Assembly (NCBI RefSeq): GCF_004010195.1
Contig: NC_057720.1
Coordinates: forward strand, 18,421,615 to 18,485,614
Origin: Chiloscyllium plagiosum
Lineage: Eukaryota
Length of the DNA: 64,000 bases
Direction: 5' to 3'
The translations under genes and the position numbers were made by a program. The notes under the pieces are model-generated. The model worked only from the letters and a program-made list of their open reading frames with translations. It was not told the DNA's origin and did not search any database. Below, one piece after another: positions 25,358-37,292 of this stretch; the first letter of the stretch is position 1; each line of letters opens with the position of its first letter.

Positions 25358-26880
25358 AGAGTCATAGAGATGTACAGCATGGAAACAGACCCTTAGGTCG
25401 AACCCATCCATGCCGACCAGATATCCCAACCCAATCTAGTCCCAACTGCCAGCACCCGGCCCATATTCCTCCAAACCCTTCATATACCCATCCAAATGCC
25501 TCTTAAATGTTGCAATTGTACCAGCCTCCATCACATGGGCTGAGAAGTGGCAGATGGAGTTTAATTCAGATAAATGCAAGGTGCTGCATTTTGGGAAAGC
25601 AAATCATTGCAGGACTTATACACTTAATGGTAAGGTCCTAGGGAATGTTGCTGAACAAAGAGACCTTGGAGTGCAGGTTCATAGCACCTTGAAAGTGGAA
25701 TTGCAGGTAGATAGGATAGTGAAGAAGGCATTTGGTATGCTTTCCTTTATTGGTCAGAGTATTGAGTACAGGAGTTGGGAGGTCATGTTGCAGCTGTACA
25801 GGACATTGGTTAGGCCACTGTTGAAATATTGACAGTGCAATTCTGGTCTCCTTCCTATTGGAAAGATGTTGTGAAACTTGAAAGGGTTCAGAAAAGATTT
25901 CCAAGGATGTCTTCTACCTTTGAGCCAGTTGTCCGTAGTGGAACAAAGTATCAATGCTTGTCATGAAGATGACGTACACACTATAAAAAGGAGGATTCAA
26001 ACTATTTAGAAAAAGAAATTTTACAACTGGTTTTATTAATTTCAGAGGAACCATAAATAATTAACTCAGAACATGGGTACATAATTTTATATGAACTTCT
26101 GATTGAATCAAAAGTCAATTTGCAAATTTTAAAATGATCAAATGATAGAGATTAACTTAATGCAAGGAAAATATTTAAAAGAAATAACTTCCATTTATAT
26201 TGCACTCTAATTCCAAGGCATTCAAATCCAGTTTGAAATATTCTGTCATTGCACAGATTAAAGCAGCTGCCAACATGCTCAGCAAGATTCTTCAAACAGC
26301 AATGTAATTAGTCGGCAAAGTGGGTCAATGGTTAGCACTGCTGCCTAACAGCTCCAGAGACCCAGCTTCAATTCCACCTTTAGGCCAGTCTGTACGGAGT
26401 TTGCACGCTCTTCCTGTGTCGTCTCCAGATGCTTTGGTTTCCTCCCAAAAATATGCAGGTTAGGTGGATTTGTCAAGCTAAATTGCCCACAGTGTCCAAA
26501 AACATGCAGGGTTACAGGGATAGGGTGGGTCTGGGTGGAATGGTCTTCTGAGAGTGACTACAACAAGAACCGAGCTATGAAAAATACTTCATATTTATAT
26601 TTTAAGTTCAGAAAAGATTTACAAGGATGTTGCCAGGGTTGGAGGATTTGAGCTATAAGGAGAGGCTGAACAGGCTGGGGCTGTTTTCCCTGGAGCGTCG
26701 GAGGCTGAGGGGTGACCTTATAGAGGTTTACAAAATTATGAGGGGCATAGATAGGATAAATGGACAAAGTCTTTTCCCTGGGGTCAGGGAGTTCAGAACT
26801 AGAGGGCATAGGTTTAGGATGGGAGGGGAAAGATATAAAAGAAACCTAAGGGGCAATGTTTTCACGCAGAGGGTGGTACG
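25358..26880. mobile_element. 5'-inverted CR1 copy inserted into the CR1 RT region
   Basis: Flanked by AAAATCAT at 25350-25357 and 26881-26888. The 3' end is on the minus strand (25358-25535) and the upstream part is on the plus strand (25536-25910 and 26606-26880). Confidence 0.75.
26312..26556 (+). mobile_element. HE1-like V-SINE
   Basis: tggttagcactgctgcc head and ggagtttgcac..ggtttcctccc V-domain. Confidence 0.8.
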
Positions 26881-27674
26881 AAAATCATTTATATAAATGA
26901 CGAAAAGTAGTGGACCCAGCACTGATCCTTGTGGCACTCCACTGGTCACAGGCCTCCAGTGTGGAAAACAATCCTCCAACACCACCCTCTGTGTTCTACC
27001 TTTGAGCCAGTTCTGTATCCAAATGGCTAGTTCTCCCGGTACTCCGTGAGATCTAACCTTGCTAACCAGTCTCCCATGGGGAACCTTGTCGAGCACCTTA
27101 CTGAAGTCCATATAGATCAAATCTACCGCTCTGCCCTCATCAATCCCCTTCGTTACTTCTTCAAAAAACTCAATCAAGTTTGTGAGACATGATTTCCCAC
27201 ACACAAAGCCATGTTGACTATCCCTAATCAGTCCTTGCCTTTCCAAACACATGTAAATCCTGTCCCTTAGGATTCCCTCCAACAACTTGCCCATCACCGA
27301 CATCAGGCTCACTGGTCTATCGTTCCCTGGCTTCTCCTTACTACCTTTCTTAAACAGTGGCGCCACGTTAGCCAACCTCCAGTCTTCTGGCATCTTACCC
27401 GTGACTATGGATGATACAACTATTTCAGTATGAGGTCCAGCTTTCACTTCTCTAGCCTCCCACAGAGTTCAAGAGTATACCTGATCAGGTCCTGGGGATT
27501 TATCCACCTTTATGCGTTTCAAGACATCCAGCACTTCCTCCTCTGTAATATGGACATTTTTCAAGATGTCACCATCTATTTCCTTACATTCTATATCTTC
27601 CATGTCCTTTTCCATAGTAAATACTGATGCAAAATACTCGTTTTGTATCTGCCCCATTTTCTGCAGCTCCACAT

Positions 27675-28872
27675 AAACCTCATTGGGTTTTTGAGAAGGT
27701 GACCAAGCACGTGGATGAGGGTAGGGCAGTTGATGTGGTAAATGTGGACTTCAGTAAAGCCTTTGATAAGATTCCACATGGTAGGCTGTTGAAGAAAATG
27801 CAGAGGCAAGGGATTGAGGGTGATTTAGCAGTTTGGATTAGAAACTGGCTTTCTGAAAGAAGGCAGTGAGGGGTGGTTGGTTGATGGAAAATATTCAGCC
27901 TGGGGTCCAGTTATTAGTGGTGTGCCACAAGAATCTGTTTTGGGACCACTGCTTTTTGCCATTTTTATAAATGAGTTAGATGCAGGCATAGGTGGATGGA
28001 TTAGTAAATTTGCAGATGACACTAAAGTCAGTGGAGTAGTGGACTTGGAAGAATGTTACAGGTTGCAGCGGGACTTGGATAAACTGCAGTATTGGGCTGA
28101 GAGGTGGCAGATGGAGTTCAATGCAGCTAAATGTGAGGTGATGCACTTTGGGAAGAATAACAGGCAGGCAGAGTACTGAGTCAATGGTAAGACTCTTGGT
28201 AGTGTGGATGTGCAGAGTGATCTTGGAGTCTATGTACATAGATCCCTGAAAGTTGCCACCCAGACTGATAGTGCTGTTACGAGGGTTTACGGTGTGTTAG
28301 GTTTCATTGGTAGAGGGATTGAGTTCTGGAGTTGCAATATCATGCTGCAACTATACAAAATGCTACTGCAGCCACACTTAGAATATTGCGTACAGTTCTG
28401 GTCGCCATATTTCAGGAAGGATGTGGAAGCATTGGAAAAGGTGCAGAGGAGATTTACCAGGATGTTGCCTAGTCTGGAGGGAAGGTCTTATGAGGAAAGG
28501 CTGAGAGAGTTGGGTCTGTTCTCATTGGAAAGAAAAAGGCTAAGAGGGGATTTGAAAGAGACACACAAGATGATCAGAGGATTAGATAGGGTAGACAATG
28601 AAAGTACAAGGGGGCATAACTACAAATTGAGGGGTAATAGATTTAAGACAGATGTCAGAGGCAGGTTCTTTACTCAGAGAGTGATAAGGGTGTGGAATGC
28701 CCTACCTGCCAATGTAGTTAACTCAGCCACATGAAGGAGATTTAAACAATCTTTGGATAAGCACAGGGAAGATAATGGGATAATGTAGGGGGACGAGCTG
28801 AGAATTGTTCACAGGTCAGTGCAATATTGAGGGTCGAAGGGCCTGTTCTGCGCTGTGTTGTTCCATGTTCTG
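27675..28872 (+). mobile_element. CR1 LINE family B, 3' part, inserted antisense into the family A element
   Basis: ORFs 27627-27869, 27877-28179 (KFADD) and 28204-28734. Tail gttccatgttctgtg. Confidence 0.93.
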
Positions 28873-31589
28873 TGATCTATAAAGGCTGCCTTTCTGATCT
28901 TTGAGGGGCCCTATTCTCTCCCTGGTTACCCTTTTGTCCTTTGGATTCTCCTTAATTCTATTTGCCAAAGTTATCTCATATCCCCCTCTTTGCCCTCCTC
29001 ATTTCCCTCTTAAGTATACTCCTACTGCCTTTATACTCTTCCAAGGATTCACTCGATCGATGCTGCCTGACATATGCTTCCTTCTTTTTCTTAACCAAAC
29101 CGTCAATTTCTTTCGTCATCCAGCATTCCCTATACCTACCAGCCTTCCCTTTCATCCTAACAGGAATATATTTTGTCTGGACTCTCGTTATCTCATTTCT
29201 GAAGGCTTCCCATTTTCCAGCCATCCCTTTACCTGCGAATTTTTGCCCCCAATCAGCTTTGGAAAGTTCTTGCCTAATACCATCAAAATTGGCCTTTCTC
29301 CAATTTGTAACTTCAACTTTTAGATCTGGTCTATCCTTTTCCATCACTATTTTAAATCTAATAGAATTATGATCGCTGGCCCCAAAGTGCTCCCCCACTG
29401 ACACCTCAGTCACCTGCCCTGCCATATTACCCAAGAGTAGGTCAAGTCTTGCACCTTCTCTAGTAGGTACATCCACACACTGAATCAGAAAATTTCCTTG
29501 TACACACTTAACAAATTCCTCTCCATCTAAACCCTTAACACTGTGGCAGTCCTAATCTATGTTTGGAAAATTAAAATCCCCTATCATAACCACCCTATTA
29601 TTCTTACAGATAACTGAGATCTCCTTACAAATTTGTTTCTATAACACAATCCCAATAAGGTGATCATCCCTGTCTTATTTCTCAGTTCCACCCAAATAAC
29701 TTCCCTGGATGTATTTCCGGGAATATCCTCCCTTAGTACAGTTGTAATGCTATCCCTTATCAAAAGCGCCACTCCCTCTCCTCTCTTGTCTCCCTTTCTA
29801 TCCTTCCTGTACCATTTGTATCCTGGAACATTAAGCTGCCAGTCCTGTCCACCCCTGAGCCATGTTTCTGTAATTGCTATGATAGCCCAGTCCCATTTCC
29901 TAACCATGCCCTGAGTTCATCTGCCTTGCCTGTTAGGACCCTTACATTGAAATAAATGCAGTTTAATTTATCAGTCCTTCCTTGCTTTGTCCCTGCCTGA
30001 CCTGACTGACTCACTTCTTTTCTCAACTATACCAGTCTCAGATTGATCTCTTTCCTCACTATTTCCCTGGGTTCCCCGCCCCCCCCCACCCAACCTTACT
30101 AGTTTAAATCCTCCCAAGCAGCTCTAGCAAATCTCCCTGCCAGTATATTAGCCCCCTTCCAATGCAGGTGCAATCCGTCCTCCTTGTACAGGTCACTTCT
30201 ACCCCAAAAGAGATTCCAATGATCCAAAAATGTGAATCCTTCTCTCATACACCAGCTCCTCAGCCATGCATTCATCTGCTCTATCCTCCTATTCCTGCCC
30301 TGACTAGCTCGTAGCACCGGAGTAATCCAAATATTACTACTCTTGAGGACCTTTTAAATTCCTGCATAACTCTCTGTAGTCTCCATTCAGAATCTCAACC
30401 TTTTCCTTCCTATATTGTTGGTTCCGATGTGTACAATGACCTCCTGCTGACTCCTCTCCCCCTTGAGAATATTCTGCACCCGCTCTGAGACATCCTTGAT
30501 CCTGGCACCAGGGAAGCAACACACCATTCTGATTTTTCGCTGTTGGCCACAGAAACGTCTGTCTATGCCTCGGACTAGAGAGGCCCTTAACACAATTGAT
30601 CTCTTGGAACCCGATGTACCTGTCATTACGTTAGAGCCAGTCTCAATACCAGAAACTTGGCTGTTTGTGCTACGTTCCCCTGAGAATCCATCATCCCCTA
30701 CATTTTCCAAAACAGCATACTTGTATGAAATGGGGATAGCCACAGAAGACACTTCCATTAACTGCCTAACTCTCTTACCTTTCCTGGAGTTAACCCATCT
30801 ATGTGACTGTATCTGCGACTTTTCCCCCTTCCTATAACTGCCATCCATCACATCCTCTTGCACTTGTAAATTCCTCATTGCCTCTAACTGTCTCTCCAAC
30901 CGATCCATTAGGTCTGATAGGATTCACAACCAACGGCATTTATTGCAAATATAATCCTCAGTAACTCGTAAATTCTCCCTAAACTCCCACATCCGACAAG
31001 AAGAGCATATATTTGCTCCTTCACAATCTACAGACCAAGAAAATAGCACCATCTTATTCCTCTACAAAACACTGCCCCAGGTTAAATTAATAGTTATGAC
31101 TTATATTTTAAGTTTAATCAAGAGACATATTTCAATAAAACATATAATCAAGAAAGAACCCACTCTACTCACTACTGCAGACTTGCTGCCACACCATGCT
31201 TAAATATTCACTTCTGTTTCTGTGCTGTGACTTCTCCCAAACAAGTTCCTCCAAGATTTGTCGTGAACTTCACTGTTTGTTAATTTTCCCAGATGCACTC
31301 CAATGCACTCCCTCACCCCACTTTTCCCAGAGGCCCCATTAATTTTATTAAGTGATTTACTATTAAGTGAGGTTTCACTGGAATGTAACTTCGGTATTAT
31401 AGGAAAACTACTTGTACTGTTCAAAAAAGGAAGACAGATAGAAATCTACTAACTAGATGCCAGTCAAGCTGATTTCAATGGTGGGGAAATTTTCAGAAAT
31501 AATAATCTGAAACAAATTAATTCTGTCTGTAAAATATTAGTTATATACAAAATCATCATGGATTTGTTAAGGATAAATCTTGTTTAACT

Positions 31590-34500
31590 TTTCGGCAGCA
31601 GTTGGAGTGGGAGGAGCGACAGTGAGGACCAAAGGACCGATGGGTAGGTAAATTGTAAACGATGTAAAAGCTTGCTTCAGGAGTTCAGCGTTTACATCGT
31701 TTACAATTTACCTACCCATCGGAGAGGAACAGCCATTGGGAATTCTGCACTGTCTGCCGGTTCCTCTCAACAACAAGTATACTGTTTGGGGTGAAACAAC
31801 TTATCAGGGTAAGCAATGGGGAACAAGTCTCTGGCACAGAGTCTGTTCCTGTTGCTCAGAAGGGAAGAGGAACAGAGCATTAGTCATTGGGGACTCCATA
31901 GTTAGGGGGACAAATAGGAGGTTCTGTGGGAATGAGACAGACTCAGCGGTTGGTGTGTTGCCTCCCAGGTGCCAGGGTTCGTGATGTTTCTGATTTTGTT
32001 TTCAGGATCCTTGAGGGGGAGCAGCCCCAAGTTGTGGTCCACATAGGCACCAACGACATAGGTAGGACGAGAGATGGGGTTTAAAGCAGAAATTAGGGGA
32101 GCTAGGGTGGAAGCTTTGAGCTAGAACAAACAGAATTGTTATCTCTGGTTTGTTGCCCATATCACACGCTAGCAAGGCAAGGAATAGAGAGAGAGAGAGA
32201 GAGAGAGAGACGAGTTGAACACATGACTACAGGAATGGTGCAGCAGAGAGGGTTCTGGATTCTTGGATAATTGAGGCTCTTTCTGGTGTAGGTGGGACCT
32301 CTACAAACAGGATGGTGTTCACCTGAACCAGAGGGGTACCAATATCCTGGAGGGGATGTTTGCTAATGCTCTTTGAGTGGGTTTAAACTAATTCAGCAAG
32401 GGATGGGAACTGAAATTGTAGTTTGGGTATACTGGAGGATGAGCGCAGTGAAGATTTCAAGATCGCAAGAAGGCACCGGCAAGCAAGAAGTTGGTTTGAA
32501 GTTTGTCTACTTCAACATCAGGAGCATCCGGAATAAGGTGGGTGAATTGCAACATGGGTTGGTACCTGGGATCTTGATGTTGTGGCCATTTCAGAGACAT
32601 GGGTAGAGCAGGTACAGGAATGGTTATTGCAGGTTTGGGGATTTAGATTTTTCAGTAAGAACAGAGAGAATGGTAAAAGAGAGGTTGGTGTGGCACTGTT
32701 AGTCAAGGACAGTATTACGGTTGCAGAAAGGATGTTTGAGGACTCGTCTACTGAGGTAGTATGGGCTGAAATTAGAAACAGGAAAGGAGAGGTTACCCTG
32801 TTGGGAGTTTTCTATAGGCCTCCAAATAGTTCCAGAGATGTAGAGGATAGGATAGCAAAGATGATCCTCGATAGGAGCGAGAGAGACAGGGTAGTTTTTA
32901 TGGGGTCTTTAACTTTCCAAATATTGACTGGGAATACTATAGTTAAAGTACTTTAGATGGGTCAGTTTTGGTCCAATGTGTGCAGAAGGGTTTCTTGACA
33001 CAGTATATAGACAGGCTAACAAGGGGCGAGTTCACATTAGATTTGGTACTTGGTAATGAATCCGGCCAGGTGTTAGATTTGGAGGTTGGTGAGCACTTTG
33101 GTGATAGTGATCACAATTTGGTTATGTTTGCTTCAGTGATGGAAAGGGATCGGTATATACCGCAGGGCAAGAGTTAGAGCTGGTGGACGGGCAATTCCAA
33201 TGTGATTAGGCAAGATTTAGGATGCATAGGATGGGGAAGGAATCTGCACGGAATAGGCACAATTGAAACGTGGAGCTTGTTCAAGGACCAGCTATTGCGG
33301 GTCCTTGATAAGTATGTACTGGCAGGGAGAAAGTTGTCGAGAGCCGTGGTTTACTAAAGAAGTTGAATCTCTTGTCAAGAGGAAGAAGAAAGCTTATGTT
33401 AGGATGAGATATGATGTTAGGGTGCTTGAGAGTTACAAGTTAGCCAGGAAAGACCAAAACAGAGAGCTAAGAAGAGCCAAGAGGGGACATGAGACATCAT
33501 TGACAGATAGGATCAAGGAAAACCCTGAGGATTTCTGTAGCTATATCAGGAATAAAAGAATGACTCAAGTAAGATTAGGGCCAATCAAGCATAGCATGGG
33601 AAGTTGTGCGTGGAGCCAGAGGCGATAGGGGAAGTGCTAAATGAATATTTTTTGTCAGTATTCACACGAGAAAAAGACAATGTGATCAAGGAGAATACTG
33701 AGATATAGGCTACTAGTTGCGGTTGAGGTGCATAAGGAGGAGATGTCAGCAATTCTGGAAAGTGTAAAAATAGGTAAGTCCCCTTGGCTGGATGGGATTT
33801 ATCCTAGGATTCTCTGGGAAGCCAGGGAGGAGATTGCCGAGCCTTTGGCTTTGATCTTTATGTTGTCATTTTCTACAGGAATAGTGCCAGAAGACTGAAG
33901 GATAGCAAATGTTGTTTCCTTGTTCAAGAAGGGGAATAGAAACAACCCTGGAAATTATAGACCTGTGAGCCTTACTTCAGTTGTGGGTAAAGAATTGGAA
34001 AAGTTTATAAGAGATAAGATTTATAATCATCTAGAGAGGAATAAGTTGATTAGGAATAGTGAACGCAGTTTTGTGAAGTATAGGTCGTGCCTCACAAACC
34101 TTATTGAGTTCTTTGAGATGGTGACCAAACAAGTGGATGAGGGTAAAGTGGTTAATGTGGTGTATATCGAGTTCATTTGATAAGGTTCCCCATGGTAGGC
34201 TATTACACAAAATAGGAGGAATGGGATTGAGGGTGATTTAGTGGTTTGGATCAGAAATTGGCTAGCTGAAAGAAGACAGAGGGTGTGGTTGATGAGAAAT
34301 ATTCACCTTGGAGTTTAGTTACTGGTGGGGTACCACAAGGATCTATTTTGGGTCCACTCTTCTTTGTCATTTTTATAAATGACCTGGATGAGGGCATAGA
34401 AGGATGGGTTAGTAAATTTGCGATGACACCAAGGCTGGTAGAGTTGTGGACAGTGACGAAGGATGTTGTAGGTTACAGAGAGACAGAGATAAGCTGCAGA

Positions 34501-35310
34501 GCTGGGCTGAGAGGTGGCAAATGGAGTTTAATGTGGAAAAGTGTGATGTGATTCACTTTGGAAGGAGTAACAGGAATGCAGAATACTGGGCTAATGGTAA
34601 GATTCCTGGTAGTGTAGATGAGCAGAGAGGTCTCGGTGTCCAGGTACATAGATCCTTGATAGATGCCACCCATGTTGGTAGGGTTGTTTAGAAGGCACAT
34701 GATGTGTTAGCTCTTATTGATAGGGGGATTGAGTTTCGGAACCATGAGATCATGCTACAACTGTACAAAACTCTGGTGCGACCACATTTGAAGTATTGCA
34801 TACAGTTCTGGTCACCACATTATAGGAAGGATGTGAAGCTTTGGAAAGGTTCAGAGGAGATTTACTAGGATGTTGCCTGGTATGGAGGGAAGGTCTTACA
34901 AGGAAAGGCTGAACGACTTGAGGCTGTTTTCTTTGGAGAGAAGAAGGTTGAGAGGCGATTTATTTCAGACATATAAGATAATCAGAGGGTTAGATATGTT
35001 GGACAGTGAGAGGCTTTTTCCTCAGATGGTGATGGCTGGTACAAGGGGACATAGCTTTAAATTGAGTGGTGATAGCTATAGGTCAGATGTCAGAGTTAGT
35101 TTCTTTACTCAGAGAGTAGTAGGGGCGTGGAATGCACTGCCTGCAACAGTAGTAGCCTCACCAACTTTAAGAGCATTTAAATGGTCTGTGGAAAGGCATA
35201 TGGATGAGAATGGAATAGTGTAGGTTAGATGGGCTTCAGATTGGTTCCACAGGTCGGCGCAACATTAAGGCCTGAAGGGCTTGTAGTGCGCTGTTATGTT
35301 CTATGTTCTA
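31590..35310 (+). mobile_element. Near full-length CR1 LINE (family B, (ttctatg)n tail), degenerate
   Basis: Esterase GDSIVRG (31736-31984), endonuclease AISETW and SDHN (32582-33177), RT NYRPVSLTS and GVPQGS (33920-34551), C-terminus 34870-35223, tail ttatgttctatgttcta. Confidence 0.93.
31637..31722. repeat. Perfect 32-bp inverted repeat with 22-nt loop
   Basis: ccgatgggtaggtaaattgtaaacgatgtaaa (31637-31668) is the exact reverse complement of 31691-31722. Confidence 0.97.
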
Positions 35311-36076
35311 ACTTGCTTGAATGTTTACTTAAATAATGGAGAGGCACTTGTATTTAGATTTTCAAAAGTCATTTGATAAAGCTTTGCCCCGAAAATGAAT
35401 AAAAGAGGTCCTTTCAGAAGCAAAGTAAAAGTGACGCCTTTGACATCAAGATAATACTTTACTGGGTGGGAATCAGACTGAAATTCTCCACTGTAATGCC
35501 TCACACAAAGGAAGATTGTTGTAATAGGTGCTTGTTTGCAGGCTTGTATCGTGGCCTCAGAACATCCTAGCAGGAGATGTTCAGGATAGTTAGCTAGAGT
35601 AAAATAAAACAAAGAACTGTGGGTGCTGAAGATCTGAAACAAAACCAGAAATTTCTGGAGAAACTCAACAGGTCTGGCAGCATTTGTGGAAAGAAAGTTG
35701 CTTTCTCTGGCAGTTTCTGTTTTTGTTGCAGTCATTTGGACTATTTCAATGAATAAACCTCCTCTAATATAAGGTCAAAAGTGGTGATGTTTGCACAATG
35801 TCCAATACCATTTGTAACTCCTCAGAGACTGGAGCAGTCCGTGCCTGGGAACAGCAAGACTTGGATAACATTTAGTCTTGGGCTGAAAAGAAGCATTTGC
35901 ATCACACTACTGCCAGTCTAAAACCAGTGACAATTTAACCATTTCCCCCAGTTATCATCAGGATTACTATCACTGAATCCCCAATTTCAATCTTGTGGGG
36001 GTTATGATTAATTAGGTACTTAATTGGACCAATAAGATCAACTACTATGGTGACAAGAGCAGATTAGAGATGGGAA

Positions 36077-36385
36077 TTCCACCTCCAACTTTGCCAAGGA
36101 CATGCAGGTCCTTGGCCTCCTCCATCGCCAAATCCTAGGCACCCAACGCCTGGATGAAGAACGCCTCATCTTCCACCTTGGGACCCTCTAGCCACACGGG
36201 ATCAATGTGGATTTCACCAGTTTCTCCATTTCCCCTCCCCCCACTTTATCCCAGTCCAAACCTCCCAACTCAGCACCGCCCTCTTGAACTGTCCTACCTG
36301 TCTATCGGTTTATGCCCAAAACATTGACTCTCTTGCTCCTCGGATGCTGCCTGGCTGGCTGTGCTTTTCTAGCATCACACTCTTT
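36077..36385 (+). mobile_element. PLE GIY-YIG 3' fragment inserted in a degraded L2-like LINE (about 35480-36790)
   Basis: gaagaacgcctcatcttccaccttgggaccct (EERLIFHLGT), followed by the tail. Confidence 0.8.
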
Positions 36386-37089
36386 GATTCCGCATAAAGT
36401 AACAGACTCCCCAAAGCTTCTTTACCATCCACAAGCATTTGTCAGGAGCATAACTGATTATTTTCCATTTGCCTGAATGAGTGCAGGTTGAAAAACACTC
36501 AAGAAGCTCAACTTCATCCTGTATGAAGCTACCTATTTGACTAGCATACCATCCACTGTGTAAGACATAGTCCACCTAGCACAAATGAACAGTAGTGCAG
36601 CAACTTGGAAGGCTCCTTTGACAACAACTTCCAAATCCACAACCTCTAATATTCAAAAGAGAAAAGGCAAATGATGGATAGACTTACGACACCTCCAGGT
36701 TCACCAGCAAGTCATGCTGTACGACACTGTATTGTCATTTCTTCACGATCACTGGATCAAAATCCTGGAACTCTGATCTTCTTACTCGCACAAACGTTCA
36801 ATTCCATTATCACCATGTGCTCACTGAACTAAACTAGCTCATGGTCAAGGAATGTTTTAATTTTAAAATTGTCATCCTTAAAATCAAATCTCTTCACATC
36901 CTTGCCTGTTCCAATATTAAGGCTTAATATTGCCTTAAGCAGTTTGACGTCCAATATTTCTTTATAATGCTTCTGTGAAGCACATTGGAATATTTTATTG
37001 TGTTGATGTGCTCTATACCTATAAGTTGTTGATTATATTAAATGTTGTCATCCTCATTACAGTTTCATAAACAAATGCAACAAACCATC

Positions 37090-37292
37090 ACGTTCAGTTC
37101 TTCTATGATGCAATGGTTGCATTCTGTGCAACCTTGTATTATAGAAACAATGCTTAAAGTGTTGGTGCTGTAATTGTGTTAGAGCCAACACACATTTTAA
37201 AAGTTTGTGCTGCAGAAACAGCGTCCCCAATTTGTGAATTTTATGACAGTGAATTCGCGGTGACGAAACGTGTGTTATAACAGAACAACCTG
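37090..37292 (-). mobile_element. Non-autonomous Tc1/mariner-type MITE, uninterrupted copy
   Basis: Imperfect TIRs (cagttcttctatgatgc / gttataacagaacaacctg|TA). Collinear with the split copy at 40674-40783 plus 47182-47294. Confidence 0.7.

Larger units (their letters stand above)
24476..31290 (-). mobile_element. Near full-length CR1 LINE (family A, (tctatgac)n tail), fragmented by nested insertions
   Basis: 5' to 3': ORF1 with CxxC finger and SGNH esterase (30387-30908, 30099-30317), APE endonuclease (AIIAITETWL at 29584-29907; SDHN at 28976-29476), RT (26728-27447, 25080-25346), 3' UTR to 24476. Many stops and frameshifts. Confidence 0.93.
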
